From assembly GCA_029936815.1 (NCBI GenBank), contig JAPYRX010000002.1, positions 109,669 to 173,668 on the forward strand: 64,000 nt of DNA. Reading direction: 5' to 3'. Shown piece after piece: positions 9,500 to 18,941 of the stretch (position 1 is its first letter; each line of letters starts with the position of its first letter). The notes below the pieces were generated by a model. That model was not told where the DNA came from. It ran no database searches and worked only from the letters and a program-made list of their open reading frames with translations. The position numbers and the translations under genes are program-made. Source of the stretch: Dehalococcoidia bacterium (GTDB lineage: Bacteria; Chloroflexota; Dehalococcoidia; Lucifugimonadales; GCA-002694895).

Positions 9500-10342
9500 A
9501 TGAATATAGTCGATGTACATACACATTTTTTTCCTAAAGAGATGAACTTGAACAGGTCTAAATTTTGTAAATTAGATAAAAATTTTAACCTGCTGTATTC
9601 TGATGAAAAAATTAATATTCCTACTGAAAATGAATTGTTAGAAATAATAAATAAATTTCCAAGTATAAAATTGGTAGTGCAAAGTATAAGTTATATTGAT
9701 TACGAATTATCTAAGTATACTAATGATTTTTTACTTGAATTATCCAAAAACTATGATCAAATAAAAGTATTTGGATCAATAAATACGAATTGGGGAACGG
9801 ATAAATGTATTGAAGAAATAAATAGAATAAATCAATTAGGTGCAAAAGGAATTGGCGAATTACATCCTGATATACAAGGTTTTGATATTTTGGATTTCAA
9901 CGCATTTGATCCAATTGTTGAGAATTTAATTTCTAATAATATGTTAATCAACTTTCATTCTTCAGAACCAGTGGGACATGATTATAAGGGAAAAGGTAAA
10001 ATGCTCCCTGATATATTATATAAATTTGCTTTGAATTATAAGAAATTAAAAATTATATATTCACATTTGGGTGGAGGTCTACCTATTTATTACTTGATGC
10101 CAGAAATCATAAGAGATTTAAATAATGTCTATTATGATACTGCAGCATTAGATTTTTTATACGATCCTAAAATTGTCAAAATTTTCCACGAAATAATTGG
10201 AGAAGATAAAATCTTATTTGGTAGCGATTATGGATTGATAGAAATTGATAGAGCTATAAATAGTATATTGCAATTAGATATAGATTCAAAAGCTAAAGAG
10301 AATATTTTATCTAATAACGCATTAAAATTATTATCTTGGTAA
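9500..10342 (+). CDS. Amidohydrolase_2-family metal-dependent hydrolase
   Basis: DVHTH, KGIGELHP, SHLGGG, YYDTAA, LFGSDY. Confidence 0.85.
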   Translation: MNIVDVHTHFFPKEMNLNRSKFCKLDKNFNLLYSDEKINIPTENELLEIINKFPSIKLVVQSISYIDYELSKYTNDFLLELSKNYDQIKVFGSINTNWGTDKCIEEINRINQLGAKGIGELHPDIQGFDILDFNAFDPIVENLISNNMLINFHSSEPVGHDYKGKGKMLPDILYKFALNYKKLKIIYSHLGGGLPIYYLMPEIIRDLNNVYYDTAALDFLYDPKIVKIFHEIIGEDKILFGSDYGLIEIDRAINSILQLDIDSKAKENILSNNALKLLSW

Positions 10343-10402
10343 TTATACTTAATTAGAATATAATATTGGTATTAATTAATAAGTAAGTGCGGAGGATTGA
10401 AA

Positions 10403-10618
10403 ATGGCAGAAGAAACTAATTTCCCTAATTGTATGAAATGTAATAAAGGTAAACTATTACCTTTCTCAGATTTTGGTAATCATGGAGCGCCTATTCATTA
10501 TAAGGCTTGGGTTTGTAATGTCCCTGATTGTGGTTATAATTTAAAGATAAGAAATGGAGATGTTTATATTGACGAACCCATCGCTAGTGGTGAATCTCAC
10601 GAACCTCGGGTACGTTAA
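10403..10618 (+). CDS. Small hypothetical protein with putative Zn-ribbon
   Basis: CMKC and WVCNVPDC cysteine knuckles; GGAGG SD upstream. Confidence 0.7.
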   Translation: MAEETNFPNCMKCNKGKLLPFSDFGNHGAPIHYKAWVCNVPDCGYNLKIRNGDVYIDEPIASGESHEPRVR

Positions 10619-10630
10619 GATATATAAATT

Positions 10631-11410
10631 TTGAAATTTTCTCAGATATTTTTAAAGTATCGAATTTTTGAGTTTACAGGTCTATCTTTTGTACTTTTAT
10701 CAATACTATTATATGGATTTATAAAGTTTTCTGATAGTGAAATAAACAGTTTAAATAATCAATCAAACATAAATGAAATAAATACTGATGAAATAAATGA
10801 TTCGAATTTGCAAAATAATTTGAATCATATAAGTATTATCGGTTCGCAAAATGATTCAAATAATACCATTATAAATCAGTCTGAATTTAATGATTCTCCT
10901 TACACTAAACTCCCAACAAACTTTAAACTTTACAAAAAATCGATTTTAGATTTTTTAGATGATAATACACCTTTGTCTATATCAATTAAAGAAATAGGAT
11001 TGAACTCAGATATAAAAGCACTCGAAATAATAGATTTGAAAGATGCTACGTCTTATGAAACACCTAAAAATATAGTAGGACACATCCCTCAAAGTTATAA
11101 ACCAGGAGAAAAAGGAAAATCTTGGTATTTTGGCCATTTGGAAAGTTTTATTAAAAAAGAAGGCAATGTATTTCATATGCTTCCTAAAATTCCAGGATTA
11201 ATGAAAACAGATCCTTATTTATACATTCATATCAAGACGAATTCAAGAACATATGTTTACCATATATATAAAACGGAAGTAGTTCCGCGAAATGATTTAG
11301 TACTTGAAATTGAATCTGATATTTCTGAAGTAATTCTTGTTACATGCGTTCCTAGTTTTCTTTATCATTCAAGATTGTTGGTACATTCTAAATTAATAGG
11401 AACTTATTAA
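10631..11410 (+). CDS. Sortase-family protein
   Basis: N-terminal TM anchor; catalytic triad H (YFGH), C (LVTC), R (HSRLLV). Confidence 0.8.
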   Translation: MKFSQIFLKYRIFEFTGLSFVLLSILLYGFIKFSDSEINSLNNQSNINEINTDEINDSNLQNNLNHISIIGSQNDSNNTIINQSEFNDSPYTKLPTNFKLYKKSILDFLDDNTPLSISIKEIGLNSDIKALEIIDLKDATSYETPKNIVGHIPQSYKPGEKGKSWYFGHLESFIKKEGNVFHMLPKIPGLMKTDPYLYIHIKTNSRTYVYHIYKTEVVPRNDLVLEIESDISEVILVTCVPSFLYHSRLLVHSKLIGTY

Positions 11411-12243
11411 AATAATTTATGCAATCTATCTAAAATAGAACTATTAACTTCTAATTCAAAACTATCTACTTTATAAGATGAAGTAGCTGTTATTCCGTCT
11501 ACTCCTCCCGCATCTACAAAGTCTTTAATTAATTTTTCGTCTTCCAAAATAGAAGGTAGGAGGGGTTTGTTTGTAATTTTAGATAATCCTGCAACCAATC
11601 CATATCCTCCCCAATTTGATGTACTTGCTGGGATTAATATATCTGTTTCAGTAATACATGGAGGATTAGATAATTTTTCAGAGTTTTTTATTATATGAGT
11701 TAAATTACCCATACCAATTTCGTTTCCACCATCTCCTATTCCTATACTAGGAATATTATGATTAAGCAAAAGGTCAGCTTTAGAGTTAAATTCCCCGATT
11801 TTTTTACCTCTACTATTGAGGTAGTCACCATTAATTGTAGGGCCACATCTTTCAATTGATATGATTAGGTTAGGATTAATATCTTTAATCATTTTAGCTG
11901 CAGTTATTTTGCTTTCGTTACTATTTTGCATAGGAAAAATTTCAAGCTTATCGTCTCCAGATAGTACTTGCCTTATAGGAGGTTCTGAAAATTCGTCAGT
12001 AACATAAGTTACATCATAATCTAATTTTTTTAGAGCATTCCCAATGGCTATAGCTCCAATTGGGCCGTCTGTTTCAGCAGCTCTAGCAGAAAGAATATAA
12101 AATCCAGTTAATATAATAACTTTATTTGGGTTTTTCAAGATTAATTCTGCTGCGTCTTCACAAACTGTATCTGAGATATGAGGTAATAACATAGATATTC
12201 CTCTTTTATCAAGATCTGATATGATATCTTTTATTGTTTCCAT
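11407..12243 (-). CDS. DUF4392 / D-glutamate cyclase C-terminal-like domain protein
   Basis: LTGF, ETDGPIGA, SIERCG, IGIGDGGNEIGMG, SNWGGYGL, VDG motifs. Confidence 0.85.
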   Translation of the reverse strand: METIKDIISDLDKRGISMLLPHISDTVCEDAAELILKNPNKVIILTGFYILSARAAETDGPIGAIAIGNALKKLDYDVTYVTDEFSEPPIRQVLSGDDKLEIFPMQNSNESKITAAKMIKDINPNLIISIERCGPTINGDYLNSRGKKIGEFNSKADLLLNHNIPSIGIGDGGNEIGMGNLTHIIKNSEKLSNPPCITETDILIPASTSNWGGYGLVAGLSKITNKPLLPSILEDEKLIKDFVDAGGVDGITATSSYKVDSFELEVNSSILDRLHKLF

Positions 12244-12252
12244 GTTTTCCTC

Positions 12253-13047
12253 CTAAATTACTGCAATTGATTCATCTCTTGTGCTTGTGACAAACATATA
12301 ACCAGGAGAATGGGTGATCATTATTGGTGGTTTTGATTGTAAAGCAACAGCTTGTGGCGTCACGCCACAAGCCCAAAAGACAGGGATTTCATCCTCTTTG
12401 ATTTTTGATTTTTCCCCGAAATCTGGCAAGTTTATGTTTTTAATTCCTATTTCGGATGGATCTCCAATATGTATTGGAGCGCCATGTGTGCCCGGAAATC
12501 TGCTAGTTACCTGCACCGTTCTAACAAGATTTTCTTTGTTTATAGGCCTCATTGATACAACTGTTGGGCCACTAAATTTACCTGCAGGTTCAGTTTTGAT
12601 ATTCGTAATATACATGGGAACTGTTGTATCTTGTTCAATGTGTCTTAGAGATATGTCAGCATTTAACATTGCAGTTTCAAAAGTAAAACTACATCCAATC
12701 AAAAAAGATACTAGATTGTCATTCCAATAATCTATTATATTTTTTGTTTCAGATTTTAATTTCCCATTTTCATATATTCTGTAAAATGCGATATCAGTTC
12801 TTATATCTGCGCCTTTTGCAAGAATTTCAGGCTCAAATTTCCCAGGCTCTAGTACTTCTAGTACTGGGCAAGGTTTTGGATTTCTTTGGCAGAATAGAAG
12901 AAAGTCAAATGCATATTCTTTGGGCAATGTGACCAAATTTGTTTGCAAATAACCAGGCGCAACACCTGCAGTGGATTTTAAATATTCGTCCTTACGTACC
13001 AAATTCCATAATTCTTTGGGTGTGTTAATTGTTTCTGTAATATTCAT
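12253..13047 (-). CDS. DUF1445 (YcsI-like) putative hydro-lyase / D-glutamate cyclase domain
   Basis: FLLFCQRNPKPCPVLEV, FLIGCSFTFE, HGAPIHIGDP, PVFWACGVTPQ, ITHSPG. Confidence 0.9.
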   Translation of the reverse strand: MNITETINTPKELWNLVRKDEYLKSTAGVAPGYLQTNLVTLPKEYAFDFLLFCQRNPKPCPVLEVLEPGKFEPEILAKGADIRTDIAFYRIYENGKLKSETKNIIDYWNDNLVSFLIGCSFTFETAMLNADISLRHIEQDTTVPMYITNIKTEPAGKFSGPTVVSMRPINKENLVRTVQVTSRFPGTHGAPIHIGDPSEIGIKNINLPDFGEKSKIKEDEIPVFWACGVTPQAVALQSKPPIMITHSPGYMFVTSTRDESIAVI

Positions 13048-13155
13048 GTTTACCTCTTAATACAATTGATCAACATTATTACAGTATATCAAACTTCTAA
13101 TGCATTTAGATAATTTTATTCTAAAAAAAATTTAATATACGAAAAACTTTTAAAT

Positions 13156-13173
13156 TAGTTCATTTTTTCACAG
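13156..13173. promoter_or_regulatory. Possible Rex-type (NADH/NAD+ sensor) operator upstream of the nuoEFG-like operon
   Basis: TAGTTCA-TTTT-TTCACAG versus Rex consensus TTGTGAA-N4-TTCACAA; right half-site near-perfect, left degenerate. Confidence 0.35.
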
Positions 13174-13274
13174 TTCAGAATAAAGTGAGATATAAAGGGT
13201 GGTAACAAAATCAAACATGTGTGATATTATCCGATTGAAGTAATTAATTATATTTATATTAATTTTATATTTGG

Positions 13275-13739
13275 ATGTTAGAAAAATATACCGATGACTA
13301 TATTTTAAATATCATTGAAAACCAACATTGTAAGACTCATACAATGTTATCATCTTTGCTTACTGTTCAAGATGACATTGGTTATTTGCCTAAAAATTCG
13401 ATAAATGTTGTTGCTGATTTCATGAATGTTTCAACTAATGATGTTTGGGGAGTTGCTTCTTTTTATCTGAATTTTAGATTTGATCCCCCAGGGAAATATA
13501 ATGTTGAAATATGTTGGGGGCCCACTTGTCATATTGGTGGCGCATCTGAATTACAACAAATAGCACTAGAGAAACTTAATTTAGTTAATCAAGGCGACAC
13601 TGAGGATGGTAAAGTTTCACTCAAATTTAATACATGTTTGGGAGCATGTCCTCAAGCACCTCTGATTAGTGTTAATCATAAATTACATGGAAAAATGGAT
13701 GTTAAAAAATTCTCGAAAATATTGGATAAATTAAATTGA
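13275..13739 (+). CDS. nuoE: NuoE/HydC-like [2Fe-2S] subunit
   Basis: GVASFY, C-x4-C (ICWGPTCH) and CLGAC. Confidence 0.85.
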   Translation: MLEKYTDDYILNIIENQHCKTHTMLSSLLTVQDDIGYLPKNSINVVADFMNVSTNDVWGVASFYLNFRFDPPGKYNVEICWGPTCHIGGASELQQIALEKLNLVNQGDTEDGKVSLKFNTCLGACPQAPLISVNHKLHGKMDVKKFSKILDKLN

Positions 13740-15469
13740 ACTATGAAATTATAAAAAGTGATAGTGATAAAAAATGGGCAGAGTTAACTAATGGATCTAT
13801 TCCTTGGATTAGAATTAGTGATGCAATGTGCTGTGGATCATCTCTTGGATCAGATGAAATCATTGATAATCTAAAAAAATATTCTGCTGAAAATAAAATT
13901 CAGATAAACATTAGCAGAGTCGGATGCCACGGGATATGCTATGCAGGCACAATAATTGATGTACTTTTCAACGGTAATCCCAGAATCTTTTGGGGGTATA
14001 TAAATCCAAAAAATGTTATAAAGACAATTAATTCATATATACAAAATGGAGAGATTTTAAAAGATAATCTTTTGGGTTCATATGGAGATGAATTAATAAA
14101 AGGCGTTCCAGATTTCTCAGAATTACCAGGGATAAAATATCAAAAAAGAATTGCTCTTAAAAATTCAGGTAATATTGCCTTTGACGATATTTTCCAATAT
14201 ATAGCAAATGATGGTTTTTCGGGCTTGAATAAAGCATTACATTCAATGAAATCTGATGAAGTAATTAGTGAAGTTAAAAACTCCGGGTTAAGAGGTAGAG
14301 GAGGGGCGGCTTTTCCTACAGGAGTTAAATGGAGTTTTATGGCAAACTCGAAAGGCAAGAAGTACATATTATGTAATTGCGAGGAAGGTGATCCAGGAGC
14401 TTTTAATGACAAAGGTATTTTGGAAAGTGATCCATTCACTTTAATAGAAGGAATGATTATTGCTGGATACGCGACTGGGTCAACAAACGGATTTGTATTT
14501 ATCAGGCATGGTCATGAAGGCCCAATTGTACGTACTGAACAAGCAATAAAACAAGCTTATAATAATGGATTATTAGGCGAGAATATTTTAGAATCTGGCT
14601 TTTCTTTTGATATAGAAGTTTCCTTAACTGGGGATTCCTATGTTGCCGGAGAAGAAACTGCTTTGATGGAATCAATAGAGGGTAAAAGCTCGAAACCACG
14701 ATCAAGACCCCCTTTCCCTGCGGCTTATGGTGTTTGGGGTAAGCCAAGTACAATAAATAATGTTAAATCATTATCATATGTAGCTGAAATAATCAGAAAT
14801 GGGAGTGATTGGTTTAAATCTACTGGAACGGAAAGTAGTTCTGGGACAGCGATAGTGTGTCTTTCAGGCAATATTGTTAATCCAGGTATGTATGAAGTAG
14901 AGATGGGAGTATCATTGGGAGATGTGATAGAAAAACTTGGAGGAGGAATACCTGATGGTAGAAAATTAAAAATGCTGCAAACAGGAGGCCCTTTAGGTGG
15001 GGTTTTGGGTTCAGATAGTTTAAAGGTGAAGATTGATTTTGATGAGATGGCCAAAGCAGGCGCAATTTTAGGATCTGGAGGAATAATAGTTGTAGATGAC
15101 AGAACTTGCGCTGTTGATTTAACTAAATCATTAGTTGCTTTCTGTCAGTATGAGTCATGTGGAAAATGTTTTCCATGTCGTTTAGGAATGACTCATTTAT
15201 TAGAAATAGTAGAAAAAATTTCTAGAGGTGAAGGGCAAATTGAAGATCTTAGCCTTATGAATAAAATTGGAAAAAATATGCAAGCTGGTTCCTTGTGCGG
15301 TCATGGGCAATTAGGATACAACCCTATTAGTTCCGCGTTAAAACATTTTCAAAATGATTTTGAAAAATGTATGAGCGGAGATTGTCCTACGGGGAGTTGC
15401 AAAGAACGAAAAATTGTTTTCCCAATTAATACCAGACCAAATGCTTGGCAAGTTAAGGTAGGTATGTAA
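13736..15469 (+). CDS. nuoF: NuoF/HydB-like FMN/NAD(H)-binding subunit with N-terminal thioredoxin-like Fe-S domain
   Basis: SGLRGRGGAAFPTG, GEETAL, GGPLGG, ESCGKCFPCR, LCGHG. Confidence 0.85.
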   Translation: MNYEIIKSDSDKKWAELTNGSIPWIRISDAMCCGSSLGSDEIIDNLKKYSAENKIQINISRVGCHGICYAGTIIDVLFNGNPRIFWGYINPKNVIKTINSYIQNGEILKDNLLGSYGDELIKGVPDFSELPGIKYQKRIALKNSGNIAFDDIFQYIANDGFSGLNKALHSMKSDEVISEVKNSGLRGRGGAAFPTGVKWSFMANSKGKKYILCNCEEGDPGAFNDKGILESDPFTLIEGMIIAGYATGSTNGFVFIRHGHEGPIVRTEQAIKQAYNNGLLGENILESGFSFDIEVSLTGDSYVAGEETALMESIEGKSSKPRSRPPFPAAYGVWGKPSTINNVKSLSYVAEIIRNGSDWFKSTGTESSSGTAIVCLSGNIVNPGMYEVEMGVSLGDVIEKLGGGIPDGRKLKMLQTGGPLGGVLGSDSLKVKIDFDEMAKAGAILGSGGIIVVDDRTCAVDLTKSLVAFCQYESCGKCFPCRLGMTHLLEIVEKISRGEGQIEDLSLMNKIGKNMQAGSLCGHGQLGYNPISSALKHFQNDFEKCMSGDCPTGSCKERKIVFPINTRPNAWQVKVGM

Positions 15470-18169
15470 ATGATCAAAAAAAACATTGATAAAGTTGATA
15501 TAATTATTGACGGAAAAAAAATAAAGGCAAAAAAAGGTACAAATATTTTACAAGCTGCAATGGATGCAGGTATGTATATTCCTTATTTATGTTATTACCC
15601 TGGTATGAAGTCTTACGGAGCGTGCAGAATGTGTGTGGTCGATGTTGAAGGCGGAAGGGGAACTCCGGCTTCATGTACTACTCCTGTTACTGATGGTATG
15701 AAAATAAATACACAGACTGATGAATTAGTTGATTTAAGAAAAGGCATAATGGAACTTCTATTATCAGAACATCCGCATGGATGTTTAACTTGTCATAGAA
15801 TTGATTTATGCGGCCCGAGTGATATTTGCTTAAGACACGTATCTGTTAACGATAGATGTATTACTTGCCCAAAGAACGAAAGATGCGAGTTGAAAGATAC
15901 AGTTAGAAGCTTAGATATGGAAATGAATAGCCCGTTGACTTATAACTATAGAGGGGAACATGTAAAAAATGATGACCCACTATGGGACATGGATATGAAT
16001 TTGTGTATTGTGTGCGCAAGATGTGTAAGAGTATGCTCAGAGGTAAGAGTTGATAATGCTTTGACTGTCAAAGAAAGAGCAGGAAAAGTAATAATTGGAA
16101 CATCTATGGGAGATAGTTTGGTTGACGCAGGTTGTGAGTTTTGCGGAGCCTGTTTAGATGTTTGCCCAACAGGAGCAATTGTTGAGAGAGACTACAAGTG
16201 GGAAAAAGCAGAAAATAAAACCACCTCTATATGTAATTATTGTCCGGTTGGATGCACAATTGATTTGGAAACCAATTCAAAAGACAAATTAATAAGAATA
16301 GGTAGTAACTTACAAGGACCTACAAACAAAGGGCAAACTTGTTTTAAAGGTAAGTTTGGTTTTGATTTTGTTAATTCAAAATCAAAAATTAAATACGCAA
16401 TGGAGAGAAAAAATGAATCTCTATTAAAATCAGATATTTCACATGTTATGAACTCAGTATCTGAATTAATAAAGAAAACTGATCACAATAAATACGCAAT
16501 GATAATCGATTCAACTCTAACAAATGAAGATATGTATTTAGCAGCCAAATTTGCATCTGAAATTATAGGTTCAAACAATGTAATTTCCAATGCAGATATT
16601 GATAGTAATATGAGATATAAATTAACAGAGATGTTAGGATTTTCAGCTGCTTCAAACCCTGTTCAAGATTTGAAAAACTCAAAATCTTATTTGGTTGTTT
16701 CTGCTAATGCAACAGAAAATCATAACATTCTTTCCTTGCCAATAAAAAAATCAATAGATTCTGGGCAATCACAAATGGTAGTGATTGATCAGAGAGAAAC
16801 TGAGCTGACCAAATTTGCTTCTTTATGGTTAAATCCTTATCCAGGATCTGAATCTTATCTTATTGGAGGGATTATAAGAGCAATAATTGATCAATCAATA
16901 GAAGATAAAAATTTTGTTGATAAAAATTGTAATAATTATTCTGAATTCAGAAAATCAATATGGAAATTTGATTTGATCAAAGTTTCTTCTATAACTGGAG
17001 TTAGTGTTGAAGATATAAATAAAGCAGTAAAGATATTAACTAATGGACCAATGGCCACTATCTATTCTAATGAAACTATAAAATCTGAAAACATAGATGA
17101 ATTAGTTAAATTATTAATTGACTTGAGCCTTATAACTGGCAATATTGGATGTTCAGGAGGAGGTGTTTATCCCATATACAAAGGGTCTAATTCACAGGGA
17201 GCTACAGATTTGGGATTAACTTCTATTGTAGATAACCCAAGTGCTTTAGACAGAATAGATAACAGAGCTATGTCTTTTGCAAAGATACTTGATTTAATTA
17301 ACAATAATCATATTGAGGTATTACATTTAGTTGGTGATTTTGTTGAATCTTATAATGACAAATTATTTGAAATAATTAATTCTTCCCAAAATAAGATTAA
17401 AGTTATATCTCATAAATCAATGATAAATAATAATAGAAATGAAGTGTCAGATTTCATATTGCCATCTACAACATTTGCTGAATCTGAGGGAACTAAAACA
17501 AATATAGAAAGAAGAATTCAACTATCAAAAATGGCTATCAAACCTAAAAATGATCAAATGCAGATTTGGAAATCTATTCAAACATTATCAAATCATTTTG
17601 ATGCTAAAAATTTCAGATATAGTAAAGTCGAAAAAGTTTTTGACGATATATCTAAAAATGTAAAACTTTACAAAAAGTTTAATTATAAATATATATCTAA
17701 AAATCAAAATTCAACTTGGCCTATAAATGAAAGTAATCTAACTAATATTTTGTATTCTAATAAGAAAAATGCTAATGACGAAAAATTTAATTTGATTATT
17801 TCTGATTTGCAAGATTCAATTGAGAAAAATTATGTTTATTTAGCACATGGCAGAGTTTTAAACAAATCTATATTTAATATATCTTTAAGGGAAAAAGACG
17901 AGTCTGATAGACAAATGGTTTATAATTTGTCTATACATCCAGATGACGCTATTAAACGTAAATTAAAACAGAACCAAAAAATCAAACTTGTCTCAAAAAA
18001 TCAAAAACCAATTGAATGTATTGTTAAAACAAATGGAAAATCTCAAAATGTTTTTAATATAACAACTTTATTTGGGCACATGATCCAATCCTTAGACGAA
18101 TCGAAATCTGATTTGAAATATCATACTGTACCTGATTTAGAAATTATTCCTGTAGAAATTGAAAAATAG
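15470..18169 (+). CDS. NuoG/formate-dehydrogenase-alpha-like Fe-S protein with molybdopterin-oxidoreductase fold
   Basis: [2Fe-2S] GACRMC...C, HxxxCxxC, two CxxCxxCxxxC motifs, CNYCPVGC...TCFKG; PSTTFAESEGTKTNIERRIQ. Confidence 0.85.
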   Translation: MIKKNIDKVDIIIDGKKIKAKKGTNILQAAMDAGMYIPYLCYYPGMKSYGACRMCVVDVEGGRGTPASCTTPVTDGMKINTQTDELVDLRKGIMELLLSEHPHGCLTCHRIDLCGPSDICLRHVSVNDRCITCPKNERCELKDTVRSLDMEMNSPLTYNYRGEHVKNDDPLWDMDMNLCIVCARCVRVCSEVRVDNALTVKERAGKVIIGTSMGDSLVDAGCEFCGACLDVCPTGAIVERDYKWEKAENKTTSICNYCPVGCTIDLETNSKDKLIRIGSNLQGPTNKGQTCFKGKFGFDFVNSKSKIKYAMERKNESLLKSDISHVMNSVSELIKKTDHNKYAMIIDSTLTNEDMYLAAKFASEIIGSNNVISNADIDSNMRYKLTEMLGFSAASNPVQDLKNSKSYLVVSANATENHNILSLPIKKSIDSGQSQMVVIDQRETELTKFASLWLNPYPGSESYLIGGIIRAIIDQSIEDKNFVDKNCNNYSEFRKSIWKFDLIKVSSITGVSVEDINKAVKILTNGPMATIYSNETIKSENIDELVKLLIDLSLITGNIGCSGGGVYPIYKGSNSQGATDLGLTSIVDNPSALDRIDNRAMSFAKILDLINNNHIEVLHLVGDFVESYNDKLFEIINSSQNKIKVISHKSMINNNRNEVSDFILPSTTFAESEGTKTNIERRIQLSKMAIKPKNDQMQIWKSIQTLSNHFDAKNFRYSKVEKVFDDISKNVKLYKKFNYKYISKNQNSTWPINESNLTNILYSNKKNANDEKFNLIISDLQDSIEKNYVYLAHGRVLNKSIFNISLREKDESDRQMVYNLSIHPDDAIKRKLKQNQKIKLVSKNQKPIECIVKTNGKSQNVFNITTLFGHMIQSLDESKSDLKYHTVPDLEIIPVEIEK

Positions 18170-18941
18170 AAAATACATACCAATAGCAGATATTTCATCT
18201 ATGAACCAGAATATACAAAACAGGAAAAAACTATTGGAATGCCAAATTGTTGAAAGGCAAAATATTAGTGATTTTATGATCAAACTATGGATTACGAAAC
18301 CCACTGATTACTCTTTTAAACCAGGGCAATATTGCACGTTGGGCGTTGAAGGTATTGAAAGAGCCTATTCTATAGCATCGTCTCCTGATGAGGAATATAT
18401 GGAATTATATATTGAATTGGTAGAAGACGAAGGAATATTAACTCCTTTAATATGGGAAATGAGCAAAGGAGATATATTCACATTAAGACCAAAAGCAAAA
18501 GGGATTTTCCAAATCAAAGATCAAACATTGAAAAATTATTTGTTAATTAGTACTGTAACAGGAGTTGTTCCTTATGTTAGTTTTGTAAGATCTTTTATGA
18601 ATGAAAATCAAAACAAAATGAAATTTCATATACTTCAAGGATCTAGTTATTTTGATGAATTTGGATACTTAGAAGAATTACAAGAGATATCTAAAACAAA
18701 TCAAGAACATATAAATTATATTCCAACTATTAGTAGACCAAAAGATAAAAGAAATGAAAATTGGAAAGGAATGACTGGGCGGGTTAACTTGATTGTTGAT
18801 CAATACATAAAAGACAATGATTTAAATCCGGAAAATTCCATTGTTTTTGCTTGCGGAAATCCTGATATGATTATTGATATACATAATAATTTAGCTCAAA
18901 ATAAGGGTTTTAACGTAATTGAGGAAAGATTTTGGAAATAA
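18159..18941 (+). CDS. fpr: Ferredoxin/flavodoxin--NADP+ reductase
   Basis: FKPGQY, RAYSIAS, TVTGVVPY, ACGNPDMI, C-terminal ERFW. Confidence 0.85.
   Translation: MKNRKYIPIADISSMNQNIQNRKKLLECQIVERQNISDFMIKLWITKPTDYSFKPGQYCTLGVEGIERAYSIASSPDEEYMELYIELVEDEGILTPLIWEMSKGDIFTLRPKAKGIFQIKDQTLKNYLLISTVTGVVPYVSFVRSFMNENQNKMKFHILQGSSYFDEFGYLEELQEISKTNQEHINYIPTISRPKDKRNENWKGMTGRVNLIVDQYIKDNDLNPENSIVFACGNPDMIIDIHNNLAQNKGFNVIEERFWK

Noticed and set aside
14630-14670. NADPH specificity switch in the NuoF-like subunit
   Set aside because: The GEET glutamate that discriminates against NADPH in E. coli NuoF is retained
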